A stretch of 64,000 nucleotides of DNA, from assembly GCA_963747275.1 (NCBI GenBank), contig CAVVEI010000015.1, forward strand, positions 1,604 through 65,603, read 5' to 3'. This DNA is from an uncultured Actinomycetes bacterium. Lineage in GTDB: Bacteria > Actinomycetota > Thermoleophilia > RBG-16-64-13. This document shows, one piece after another, positions 41,002-51,045 of the stretch; the stretch's first letter is position 1, and every line of letters begins with the position of its first letter. The translations under genes and the position numbers were made by a program. The notes beneath the pieces were generated by a model. The model worked only from the letters and a program-made list of their open reading frames with translations. It was not told the origin of the DNA and made no database searches.

Positions 41002-41436
41002 CTAGCGCGGCAAGGTCTCGAACCCCTGCTCGGCGAAGTGCCGGTCGAAGGTGAACGACCCGGCGCAGGCCGAGGCGGCGCATGGCCGCGAAGCTGGCGC
41101 AGTCGACCAGAGAGAGGTCGCGCCGTCGCGCGGCCAGCAGACCGGCGACGGCCTGGGCGTGCAGCGCTGCGTCCACCCAGAGTACGTTCACCCAGGGCAA
41201 GACGTGGGAAGATCAGGGCGTCCGGCCGCGCCGAGCCCAAGTCGCCTTTGCAGCAGAGGCGCTCAGCTCGACCAGCACGTAGTTGCTGGTGTGGAGCGGC
41301 GCGTCGCCTTCGACCAGATCGCGCCAGGCCTGCGGCGGCCGCGGAGTGGGCCGCGTCGTCTGCGTCGAAGAGCGCGAACAGAGCCGATGTGTCGAGATAG
41401 ACCCAGCGTCGCGCGCTCCGCGCGTCGTGGCTTCAC
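41002..41436 (-). CDS. vapC: PIN-domain toxin (VapC-like), frameshifted
   Basis: ..VYLDTSALFALFDADD.. (first acidic PIN motif), ..TSNYVLVEL.., and ..LVDCASFAAMRRLGLRRAFTFDRHFAEQGFETL after removing the base at about 41058. The start is inferred from a GTGA overlap. Confidence 0.6.
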
Positions 41437-41701
41437 GAGCATCCTCTTCGGGCAGATAGGCCTCGTCCAAGATAGTCGTCGTGACGCTCAGAGATGTCGC
41501 GTGAGGCCGCTGCTCCACCGGCCGACGACCTCCAGCATGGCCGAGCCGGGTGGCGCCACCGGGCAGCGCGAGGCGTCCTGCTCCAGGTAGCGGTCGACAC
41601 TGCGCCTGATGACCTCAGCCGTGGACACACCCGACCGGCGAGCCGACCTGGCGCAGGCGCACGCTCTGCTCCTCGGTGAGCTGTATCTGGGTGCGGATCA
41701 C
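41433..41701 (-). CDS. vapB: Ribbon-helix-helix (CopG/VapB-like) antitoxin, frame uncertain at the 3' end
   Basis: GTG start at 41701. (M)IRTQIQLTEEQSVRLRQ..GVSTAEVIRRSVDRYL.. is an RHH signature, recovered across two frames. Confidence 0.5.
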
Positions 41702-41794
41702 GGTCTCACCTCCGCGCGCAGTGACAACAGTGTAATCACTATGCTGCAATGATAACACTAGCGCAGTGCTGCTGAGCCCTGTGCTGCCGCGAGT

Positions 41795-43053
41795 CTACAG
41801 GCGCCCCAGGTTCATGCTGGCGAACTCTCTCCAGTAGTGGTCGAGCTTGGTCCACCAGCGTTCGCGCCCTATGCAGCGGAAGTACGGGGGCTTGAGGGCC
41901 AGGATGATGTCGCCTATGCGGTAGCGGGCCAGGATGGGGGTCGAGACCACCAGGCTGCCGGTCTCGCCGGGCCGCATCTCGTGCAGCATCTTGATGCCCG
42001 AGCGGGTGAGCACCTCGAAGAAGAAGAGGTCGTAGTTGGGCACCCAGGCACGGCGGTCGTCGCGCTGCTGGCCGAACATGCCCTCGGTGGCGCCGTAGAT
42101 CTCGCGGATGGCCACCGGTCCGTACATGGCGGTGAGCTGGGCCGCGTGGCGGGTGTTTATGCCGGGGGTGCTGCCCAGGGTCATCACCTGGGTCTTCCAG
42201 AGCTGCTTGGGATACACCTTGTGACGCCTGGCGCAGATAGCGGCCGAACTCGAGGGCGGTCTGGCAGACTCCGCCCACCAGGGTGACGTTCTGGTCCCGG
42301 CACTGCTCGAGGGCCAGCTCGAAGCGGGCATCCCAGGCGGCGCGGCTGGTGCCGCCGCCTAGGGCGTCGATGTCCTCCTGCGATGGTACCGAGCGGATGG
42401 GCGTGACTCTTGCTGACGAACTTGGTGTAGATGCCCGAGCTGTAGCCGTACTCTATCTGCCGGTCGCCCACCTTGACGGTGCCCACCACCGAGGGGAAGT
42501 TGAGGTTCAGGTTGACTCCCGCGAACAGGTCGAGGCGCTTGGTGGCGGCCACGTAGGCCATCATGGCGCGTCCGGCGCTGACGCGCAGCTTGATGTCGGT
42601 GGGGGTCATGGGGATGAACTTGGGCTCGTCGGCGGTGGTGCCGCGGGTGATGGCCCAACCGAGCGGCTCCTCGCACAGCAAGGCCTTGGTGTCGCCGGAT
42701 AGCACCGTGGTGATGAGCGGTTTGTACTCGGGGTAGGTCATCACGGGGAAGGCCTGGCGATAGGCCTCTACCAACGTGCTGCCCGAGTCGCCGGGCTGGA
42801 GGCCGCCGGCGCCCGCGGGGGCCGCCTCGGCCGTGCGCTCGAGGACACGCGGGGCGTCATGCGCGGCACCGTAGTCGGTGCGGGCGTAGTCGGCCAGGTA
42901 CCGCGCGAGCACTTGGACCTGTGCGGAGGCGGGGTGTTCCACCGCCCTATACCAAGGGTCCAGTTGCCCGCTGAGGGCCTGCATCATGGCCTGTTGGCCC
43001 ACCGGGTCGGTGGCGGCGGTGTCTGACGGCCGTTTCTGTTGCATCTCTGCCAA
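41795..43053 (-). CDS. GH3-family (auxin-responsive GH3 / acyl-acid amido synthetase-like) adenylate-forming enzyme homologue, frameshifted
   Basis: ..GWAITRGTTADEPKFIPMTPTD.. corresponds to the GH3 SSGTT..K.IP phosphate-binding loop. ..YGATEGMFGQQ.. and ..RYRIGDI.. follow in ORF 41795..42331. Pieces are collinear over three frames. Confidence 0.5.
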
Positions 43054-43192
43054 CCTTTCGCCTCAGTGAGACCAAAGCAGCCTCTCGTCGCTTGTACGAT
43101 ACCTGCTCGGTGCGGCCTTTCTCAAGCCGAGAGAAGTTCGGCCGATATACGAGTGAAGTATCAGCTATCGGTATTCCCGTGGGGGGAGCTGC

Positions 43193-45907
43193 TTGGTGAC
43201 CAGTAGGCGGGCGGCAAAGCAGCACTGGACGCTTGTGGCAGGGGGCGTGTTGGTCGCCTGGCTGCTCGCATATGTGTCGGTCTTGGTCGCACTCCCGGAC
43301 CCCTCACGCACACGCGTCGCAGACATCCTAGGCTTGGTGCCCCCGTTCGCGGTGGCCGTGTTCTGCGGTATCGCTGCCCGCGCCGCCGAGGTGCGCAGAG
43401 TCCACTGGTTCTGGGCGCTCTTCGCGGCCGCCCACATCTGCTGGACGTTCGGTGCGGCGGGGCGCGTCTACTATGAGGTACTGCAGCAGGTAGCGACCCC
43501 ATATCCCGCCATTGCCGATATCGGTCTGCTGAGCTACTACGGGTTTGCCTTCGCCGGCCTGCTTCTGCTTGTGCGGCCGCGCGGAAGAGACAAGGCTGCG
43601 GGGGGTACTCTGCTGTTCGACGTCGTGCTCTTTGCCATGACCGCAGCCGCTGTCTGCTGGGAGTTGATCATAGCCCCTAGCTATGAATCCGGGGTCGGTC
43701 TCTATGTGAACCTGGCGAACGTGGCCTACAGCGTGGTAGATACCATGATAGTAGTGGCCCTGGTTACGTTGCTGCTAACCAGTGGCAGTTCTCTGCGGCC
43801 GCGCGGTCTCAGGTGGGTTGCTGGATGCCTGACCATCTGGTTGGTCGCTCACGTGACTTCTGCCGTGATGTCGTGGAACAGCGTACACGAGGCGGGTATG
43901 TGGCTTGACCCCTTCTGGGTGATGGGGTCTACCCTCGCCGGCGTGGGCGCCTTGTTGTTCATAAGAGGTGCCGGTCGGGCTGACGCAGCCCAAGCGGGTG
44001 AGGTAGCGCCCCGTGTGTCGGAGAAGACCATGGAGCTGGTACGCATGGCGATCCCATACGCGGCGATCCCGTCCATCGCGGCTCTACTCTGCGTGCGGTT
44101 CATAATCCGCGACGGCGGGTGGGGCGGCGACCTGGCCACAGTGTGTCTCGCCCTGGTGCTGACAGGTATGACTCTGTTCCGTCAGTGGCTCGCGATGATG
44201 AATACCCGCAGGCTGCAGCTGTCGCTGGCCGCGCTATCCCGCGATCTCGAAGTCCGGGTAGAAGAGCGCACAGCGGAGTTGGCGACCGAGAAGGAGCGTC
44301 TGGCGATGCTCAACCGGGTCGCCGAGGAGCTGAGTCAGTGTCTGACGGCTCGCGAGGTGATCACCAGCGGTCTCCGGCTTGTCTGCGAACCTGCGGGCTG
44401 CAGCCAGAGCGCAATGTGGCTGAACGGGCTGGGGCAACGGGAGAGGCTCTGGGCCGGTGAGGGACTGTCGTCCGGGGGCCGGCAGCAATTCCTGGCGGCC
44501 GTGGAGAGGTCACGTCCCGACGATGAGAGCATGGTCGGTTGGACGACAGTCAGTCTGACCGGCGGCGAACTGCACGCCGAAGGGGTGGACGAGGCTGGAG
44601 GCCCACTGCTGCAGAGGGTCTTGATCCTGCCCCTGGTCTCGAGACGCTCGGTCTTGGGGCTTCTCTGTCTGGGCTTCGGTCCTGCCGATCACCAGCCTGC
44701 AGAAGAGCACATCTCGCTCACGCGCGGGGTGGCCTCGCAGATCGCCGTTGCATTGGAGAACGCCAAACGCTACGACGACGCCCAGCGTTTGGCCGAAAGG
44801 GATCCAGTCACAGAGCTGCTGAACAGCCGCGGCTTGGCCCGCGCTTTGGACCGGGAGTTGGCTCGCGGCCAAAGGTCAGGCAGGCCCTTCACAGTGGTCG
44901 CCATGGATTTGGACAACTTCAAGCTCTTCAACGATATCCATGGACATGCGGCCGGTGACCAAGCCCTCCGGCAGGTCGCCACCGTGCTCAAGAAGACTCT
45001 ACGCCGCTCGGATACGATCGCGCGCCAAGGGGGCGACGAGTTCATGGGTATCCTGCCTGACACGTCCACCTCCAGCGCCATCGACTGCGCTCGTCACATC
45101 CAAGAGGCCATGCACAGCACCGGGTTCCGCGTCGACGCGAAGAACGCTATCCCGTTCTCAATAAGCTTCGGCCTCGCGACCTTTCCTGGCGACGGCCACA
45201 GGGTGGGCGAGTTGTTGGCGGTGGCGGACTCCAATGTCTATCGCTCTAAGCAGAGCGGCGGCAACTGCGTCACGCCTCTGGTCGGAGACAACGAGGGTCC
45301 CGAGGAAGTAGGGGCCAGTGTGTTCACCGTCTTGGAGGGTCTCGTGGTGGCCGTCGACAACAAAGACCACTACACCAGACAGCACTCTGACGATGTCATG
45401 AGCCATGCCCTTAGGCTTGCCGACCATCTCGGCCTCTCCCCGGGGACGCTGCGGCCGCTGCGCTTGGCCGGCCTGCTGCACGACGTCGGCAAGATCGGCA
45501 TACCCGACAGCATCCTGCGCAAGCCGGGGCCACTTGACCCGCACGAGTTCGAGGTCATCAAGCAACACGTGACCTTGGGGGAGGTGATGATCAAGGAGAT
45601 CCCCGACCTCAACGATATCTTGGCCGCCGTCGGCGCTCATCACGAGCGTTGGGACGGTGGGGGCTATCCCCGCGGGCTCTCTGGCGAAGGCATTCCCCTG
45701 CTAGGCCGTGTCCTGGCTGTGGCTGACGCCTACTCGGCCATGACCACCGACCGCCCGTATCGCAAAGCTCTGGGCGAGCGCGAGGCGCGTGACGAGATGC
45801 GCAGGGTCGCTGGTGTGCAGTTGGATCCGGCGCTCGTAGAAGTGTTCTTACGCGTCCTCGAAGAGGAGGCGGACGAGGTGGCACGCGGAGAGCTAGGAGC
45901 GGCTTGA
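43193..45907 (+). CDS. Membrane sensor with GAF, GGDEF and HD-GYP domains (bifunctional c-di-GMP enzyme candidate)
   Basis: Intact 904 aa with about 8 TM segments. Motifs: LNSRGL..MDLDNFKLFNDIHGHAAGD..RQGGDEFMGIL (GGDEF), and HS..V...A..LA..LGL..L..AGLLHDVGKIGIPD..L.KPG.L...E...IK.H...G..HHERWDGGGYPRGL (HD-GYP). Confidence 0.85.
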   Translation: MVTSRRAAKQHWTLVAGGVLVAWLLAYVSVLVALPDPSRTRVADILGLVPPFAVAVFCGIAARAAEVRRVHWFWALFAAAHICWTFGAAGRVYYEVLQQVATPYPAIADIGLLSYYGFAFAGLLLLVRPRGRDKAAGGTLLFDVVLFAMTAAAVCWELIIAPSYESGVGLYVNLANVAYSVVDTMIVVALVTLLLTSGSSLRPRGLRWVAGCLTIWLVAHVTSAVMSWNSVHEAGMWLDPFWVMGSTLAGVGALLFIRGAGRADAAQAGEVAPRVSEKTMELVRMAIPYAAIPSIAALLCVRFIIRDGGWGGDLATVCLALVLTGMTLFRQWLAMMNTRRLQLSLAALSRDLEVRVEERTAELATEKERLAMLNRVAEELSQCLTAREVITSGLRLVCEPAGCSQSAMWLNGLGQRERLWAGEGLSSGGRQQFLAAVERSRPDDESMVGWTTVSLTGGELHAEGVDEAGGPLLQRVLILPLVSRRSVLGLLCLGFGPADHQPAEEHISLTRGVASQIAVALENAKRYDDAQRLAERDPVTELLNSRGLARALDRELARGQRSGRPFTVVAMDLDNFKLFNDIHGHAAGDQALRQVATVLKKTLRRSDTIARQGGDEFMGILPDTSTSSAIDCARHIQEAMHSTGFRVDAKNAIPFSISFGLATFPGDGHRVGELLAVADSNVYRSKQSGGNCVTPLVGDNEGPEEVGASVFTVLEGLVVAVDNKDHYTRQHSDDVMSHALRLADHLGLSPGTLRPLRLAGLLHDVGKIGIPDSILRKPGPLDPHEFEVIKQHVTLGEVMIKEIPDLNDILAAVGAHHERWDGGGYPRGLSGEGIPLLGRVLAVADAYSAMTTDRPYRKALGEREARDEMRRVAGVQLDPALVEVFLRVLEEEADEVARGELGAA

Positions 45908-46002
45908 TCGCATCTGCATCTGCGGGTGGCACGTTCAGGAAACGTTCAGACGGCGTGCGTCACAATGGACCTCCTGGCCAAGACTACGAGGGGAGAATCG
46001 TG

Positions 46003-46281
46003 ATGGGTGTGCCGGCAACTCTGGGCGGACTTTCCTCAGAAATAGCCTATTTGCGGGTACTCTACGATTTGGCCGGCGGTCAAGCCATGCGCGCCGTTTT
46101 CTACGGCGATGTAAGTCGCGAGCTCGACTGGCCACCCGATCGCGCCGATGAGGTGGCCTTCTTCTGGGTCGACCGAGGTGTGCTCGAGTGGACCAACTTC
46201 GGCAACTTGGTGCTCACCCACTTGGGGCTGAAGCGGGCAGCGAGGTTGGCCAGCCACGGGTGGTCGCTGGCCTCCACCTAG
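46003..46281 (+). CDS. Small hypothetical protein
   Basis: ATG 46003 is preceded by gaggggaga. 92 aa, with no recognised motif. Confidence 0.35.
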   Translation: MGVPATLGGLSSEIAYLRVLYDLAGGQAMRAVFYGDVSRELDWPPDRADEVAFFWVDRGVLEWTNFGNLVLTHLGLKRAARLASHGWSLAST

Positions 46282-46406
46282 GCAGTCCCTCCAAGACGAC
46301 CCGGCCAACAGCGTTCGCGATGACGGAGGCTCCGCCGCAGTGCGGGGCTTCGGCGTCTGGCGGCCCGCCGCAGGCGTCGGTGAAGCGCAGTATGGGTATG
46401 GGATAA

Positions 46407-46565
46407 TTCGATCTTGCGTCCTGCGAAAATGGTGAGCAGGTGTACCGCGGCACTCTTTCCACACGCGTCTCGGGCGAGCACGGTCTTGCCGTGAGGGTGC
46501 TGCCGCGCAACGACGAGCTGCTCGTGCCCAACGAGCTGCCCTTGATAGCCTGGGAGGGAGCATGA
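46407..46565 (+). pseudogene. Possible 3' remnant of an alpha-glucan phosphorylase (DUF3417/GlgP-type) gene
   Basis: The frame-3 translation between a TAA at 46404 and the TGA at 46563 reads FDLASCENGEQVYRGTLSTRVSGEHGLAVRVLPRNDELLVPNELPLIAWEGA. The ..Y.g.l.....G.hg..vRvlP.......P.El.li.W ending is how that family terminates. No start codon and no upstream body. Confidence 0.3.
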
Positions 46566-47701
46566 CGAAGCAGGGGTTTGTGGCGTCGAGGTCCGCGCGG
46601 GTCGCGGCGGTCGCCGTGTTGGCCCTAGCCTTGGTGGCGGTCGCGCTGCCGGCGGCAGGGTGCGGGTCGGGGGCGGCCGATGGCGAGTCAGATACCACCG
46701 TGGACTCAGCGTTCGACCAGGCGGTGGCGCTCTATCCGGCGGCCACCAGCGCCGGCAACTATGGCTTCATAGACAAGAACGGGGCACTTGCCATCCCGGC
46801 CAAGTACGCTGAGGCGGCTGCTTTCTCCGGAGGGCTGGCCGCTGTCCGCTTGGAGGTCTTCGGCCGCTGGGGTTACATCGATCAGACCGGAAAGATGGTC
46901 ATAGAGCCGCAGTTCGCCGACGCCTCCGGGTTCTCGGAGGGTCTGGCCCCGGTACGGGTCGACGCCAACGGCTCCTGGGGCTTCGCCGACACCACGGGGG
47001 CGTTGGTCATAGCTCCGCAATTCGCCGACGCGGCCTCGTTCTCTGAGGGTCTGGCGCGGGTGCGCGAAGGCGAGGAGACGGGCTACGTGGACACGGGCGG
47101 CAAGTGGGTCATAAGGCTGGCCGACCAAGAGGCGGTAGGGGAGTTCTCCGGCGGTTTGGCCCTGGTGTATGAACGGGTCACCGACTTGTACGGCTTCATA
47201 GACAAAGACGGCGGCGTGGCCATCACCCCAGCCTATGCCGACGCGTGGAGCTTCTCTGAGGGGGTGGCGGTCGCGAGCCTGCCGGGCGGCAGCACAGAGG
47301 CGCCGGAAGGCGGCCTCTATGGATATATGGACAAGGACGGCGACTGGGTGGTCCAGCCGCAGTTCGCCGACGCCCGTCCGTTCAGAGAGGGGTTGGCGGC
47401 GGCGCAGTCGGCCTCTGATGGCAGCTGGGGTTACGTGGACATCACCGGCGAAACGGTGATCGACGGGCAGTGGGACGAGGCCGGGCCGTTCAGCGAGGGC
47501 ATAGCCCGCGTCGCCCTAGTGGTGGGGGACACCGAAGCCGGAGATCTGCTCTATGGCTACGCCTACGTCGACATGGACGGCAAGATCGTCTGGCAAGACC
47601 AGGTCTTTGCCGACTTCAGAGCCGGCCGGACGACCACCACCATAAATGACGCCGGCGTAACCGGGCCTGTGGGCGGGGCGACGAACACCAGCGGACAGTA
47701 G
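46562..47701 (+). CDS. WG-repeat (KWG-type) lipoprotein
   Basis: Lipobox ..LPAAGC. At least eight repeats of ..YGFIDK.G...I.P.F.DA..FSEGLA.V......WGY.D... Confidence 0.8.
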   Translation: MTKQGFVASRSARVAAVAVLALALVAVALPAAGCGSGAADGESDTTVDSAFDQAVALYPAATSAGNYGFIDKNGALAIPAKYAEAAAFSGGLAAVRLEVFGRWGYIDQTGKMVIEPQFADASGFSEGLAPVRVDANGSWGFADTTGALVIAPQFADAASFSEGLARVREGEETGYVDTGGKWVIRLADQEAVGEFSGGLALVYERVTDLYGFIDKDGGVAITPAYADAWSFSEGVAVASLPGGSTEAPEGGLYGYMDKDGDWVVQPQFADARPFREGLAAAQSASDGSWGYVDITGETVIDGQWDEAGPFSEGIARVALVVGDTEAGDLLYGYAYVDMDGKIVWQDQVFADFRAGRTTTTINDAGVTGPVGGATNTSGQ

Positions 47702-47711
47702 AGCGCCCTAG

Positions 47712-47746
47712 CGCCCGCCGGCGGCACCGGCGCCGCCGGGCGGGCG
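47712..47746. terminator. Imperfect GC hairpin between convergent genes
   Basis: cgcccgccggcggc accg(g) gcgccgccgggcgggcg. Confidence 0.35.
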
Positions 47747-47794
47747 TCGGCCAGGCCCGCGCCGCGGGCCGCGCGTCGGCCCGGACCTGCCGCG

Positions 47795-48512
47795 CTACCT
47801 CACAAAGGTGACATAGTCCTGGGGCAGCACCCGTGACCGCGGGAAGCGGTTGACGATGGCGTCCAGGTCGGGATAGCCGAGGGCTATGCCTATGACCACA
47901 GTCTTGTCCTCCAACCCGGGCACGTACTTGCGCACCAGGTCTGAGTAGCGGATGGGGTTGGCCACTATGCAGGTGCCCAGCCCGTGCTCTTGGGCGGCCA
48001 GCGTGATGGCCATGGCGAAGATGCCCGCGTCGAAGCAGCCGGTGTTGAACGACATGGCCTTGTCGAAGGCCAGCACCAGCAGCAGAGGCGCCCCGTGAAC
48101 GGCGGCTCCGCCCACCGAGGGGTTGGAGGGCGGGGGGTCGGGAGGTACACCCAGTCGCTCCTCTTCGGCGGCGCACCAGGTGGACCTGATCTGCCTGAAC
48201 TCCTTGATGCGGTCCTCTTGGGCCGAAGTCCACGGTCCGCCGATGGGCAGGTCGGACTCGGCCGGCACGTTGTCCTCGGAGCGCTGCGCACTTCGGCCTT
48301 GAACTCCTCGAAGGGCTCACCCGAGAGGACGTACACCAAGGTGGACTGGCTGTTGATGGAGGACGGCGCCCAGCGGGCCTTCACCAGCACCTGCTTCAGC
48401 AGGTCGTCCGGCACCGGGTTGTCCAGGTACTTGCGGATAGACCTGCGGGTCACCAGCGGCGAAGGCGCGCAGTGCACCCTCGTCCGAGTCTGACTTCTCC
48501 CAGAACGTCACG
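47795..48512 (-). CDS. Nitroreductase family protein, frameshifted
   Basis: ..LVTRRSIRKYLDNPVPDDLLKQVLVKARWAPSSINSQS.. plus a C-terminal piece in ORF 47795..48268. A candidate GTG at 48512 forms a GTGA overlap with the upstream MFS stop. The uninterrupted listed start is 48477. Confidence 0.7.
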
Positions 48513-50090
48513 TGCTCACCTGCGTTGCCTCCCTTAGTCGGTCGCGGAGTTCGTTGGTCTGCGCCAGCGGCTTCTCTTTGATGAAGAGCAGCAGCACGAA
48601 GCCTACCACCATAAGCGGCACCAGGTACAGATAGACGGGGGCCAGCGCGTCGTTGTACGAAGAGACCACGACGGTCTCTCACCTGCTCGGGCATCTGGGC
48701 GATGAGCGCCGGGGTGAGCGAGTGCGGGTCTACCGCGCCGGCAGGCGCTCGCCCCCAGAGCCGCCAGCCGCTCGGGCAGCAAGGTCCAAGAGCCGGCCGG
48801 TGAAAAGCGTGCCTATGGCCGCCGAGCCGAGCGAGGCTCCTATCTGGCGAAAGAAGCTGTGGGCGCCGGTGGCCGTGCCCACCTGGCTCACCGGAAAGGA
48901 GTTCTGAACCATGAGCACGAGTATCTGAAAGCCCAGGCCGGTGCCGACGCCGGTGAGAAAGGTGTAGAAGCAGGTGAGCCACACAGAGGTCTCCACGGTC
49001 AGGGTGGAGAGCAGATAGCAGGCTCAGGCCAAGCACGGCGACGCTGGCGAGGGGCATCCACTTGTACCGGCCGGTCTTGCTGGCCAGGGCGCCCGAGCTC
49101 AGCGACGTGGAGAGGATGCCCAGCAGATAGGGGCACCAGCAGCAGACCCGACTTGGTGGCGCTGAGCCCGGTGACCATCTGCAGGTAGGTGGGTATGTAG
49201 ATGATCACCCCGAAGAAGGCTATGGAGCTGAGCAGTCCGCCGATGGTGGCCAGGTTGAAGTTGCGATCGCGAAACAGGGCGAGCGGGATGATCGGCTCGG
49301 CCGCTCTGCGCTCTACCAGGACGAACAGGGCGCCTATGACCACGGCCGCGCCGATGAGGCCCAGGATGAGGGGCGAACTCCACCCGTACTCGCGCCCGCC
49401 CCACGAGGTGACGAGGATTATGGCGGTGGTAGCGAGGGCCATGGTGGCCATGCCCAGGCCGTCCAGCTTGGGGCGCACCTTCTTCTGCAGGGGCATCTTG
49501 AGATAAGGCGGCGGCCATGACGATGGCGAACGCGCCCAGGGGCAGGTTGAACCAGAAGGCCCAGCGCCAGCCGATGCTGTCGGCAAACCAGCCGCCCAAG
49601 ATGGGGCCCAGCACCGAGGAGAACGCCCAAGCACCGCCCATGATGCCCATGTACTTGCCGCGCTGTCGGGGCGGGACGATGTCGGCGATTATGGACATCG
49701 AGAGGATCATCAGCCCGCCGCCGCCCAGGCCCTGTATGCCCCGGGCGGCGATGAGCACCGGCATGTTGTGCGCCAGCCCACCCAGCACCGAGCCGCCCAA
49801 GAAGAGCGTGAGGCCGCTGAAGAAGAGCACCTTGTGGCCGAAGAGGTCGCCCAGCTTGCCGTAGACCGGCATCATGATGGTGGCGGCCAGGATGTAGGCG
49901 GTGGTCACCCAGAGCATCTGTTCGACGCCGTGCAGGTCGCCCACGATGGTGGGCAGCGCGGTGCCGAAGATGGTCGCGTCGAGCGCGGCGAGCAGCATGG
50001 CCACAAATAGCGCGGCTACCACGAAGCCCAGGCTCCGCTTGTCGAGGGCTGCTGGTGCGCCAGGCGTGGCAAGGGTTCTGGGGGGGTCAC
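48508..50090 (-). CDS. MFS transporter, DHA2 (EmrB/QacA) type, multiply frameshifted
   Basis: ..LLAALDATIFGTALPTIVGDL.., ..GKLGDLFGHK.. and ..ARGIQGLGGGG.. lie in ORF 49099..50022. Further TM pieces are in 48999..49634 and 48730..48996. GTG 50090 follows agaggaa. Confidence 0.7.
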
Positions 50091-50111
50091 GAGGATTCCT
50101 CTGGGTTGAGT

Positions 50112-50125
50112 CTGAGCTGGCTCAG
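50112..50125. promoter_or_regulatory. Perfect palindrome ctgagc-tg-gctcag in the divergent MFS/ZIP intergenic region
   Basis: Read directly. Lies 22 nt upstream of the MFS start. Function unknown. Confidence 0.2.
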
Positions 50126-50202
50126 GATGGCTACTTGATATAGCGTCACTGAGTCTTCGTGGGGCGAGCCGCGCGCCTGAGGGTGTCGCCTGTCGGCGCC
50201 GA

Positions 50203-50957
50203 ATGGCTGGACATAGGGCAGCGGGTGGACGAAGCAGTGATAGCGGCTTTCTTTGGGGAGGATTGGCAGCCTGTCGCTGCTCATCGGCTTCGCGTTGGGC
50301 GAATGCCGGCTGTCCAATCGCACCGTGGGCCTGATAATGGGGTTCGGCGCGGGGCGCTCATCAGCGCGCTGGCCTACGAGTTGGTGCCCGAATCGGTCAT
50401 AGAGGGTTGGGACGCGGCCGCGTCTCGTTCGCGGCGGGGGCGTTGGTGTTCTTTGGCGGCGACTGGCTGATAGACCGCTGGGGCGGCCTGCACCGCAAGA
50501 CCATAGCCGGCAAGCAGCACGAGGGCTCGGGCGGGGCGATCTTCTTGGGCACGCTGCTTGGACGCCATACCCGAGTCACTGGTGTTGGGCATGGGTCTGG
50601 CCATGGGCGGCTCCATAGGGGTGGCCTTTCTGGCGGCGGTGTTCGTCTCCAACCTGCCCGAGGGGGTGGCGGGCACGGTCAACCTGGCCGCGGCGGGCCA
50701 TTCGCGGCACAGCATCTTCTGGATGTGGGTGGCGCTGGTGGTGCTTCTCCGCGGGGTGTTCGGCGTTGGGCTACGGTCTGGTGGGGTGGATACCCAGCGC
50801 CGACGACGGCCTGGCGCAGGCCTTCGCCGGAGGCGCCGTGCTCACCATGCTGGCCGACGCCATGATGCCCGAGGCCTACGAACACGGGGGCAGGCTGGCC
50901 GGCCTGATGACGGTGGTGGGATTCTCCGTGGCCGCGACCCTGTCGGTGCTGGCGTAG
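50203..50957 (+). CDS. ZIP family metal (zinc) transporter, multiply frameshifted
   Basis: ..GLIMGFGAGALISALAYELVPES.., ..IPESLVLGMGLA..G.., ..VFVSNLPEG..G.. and ..FAGGAVLTMLADAMMPEAYEHGG.. are ZIP/ZupT motifs spread over three frames. The start is approximate. Confidence 0.65.
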
Positions 50958-51045
50958 GGGGGCAGTGGGTGTCGACGACCGGTGCTGGTAGACTACCCGC
51001 ACACTTATCCCGCACGCGAACTGCGTGGCCTTGCACTGGGAGCCC

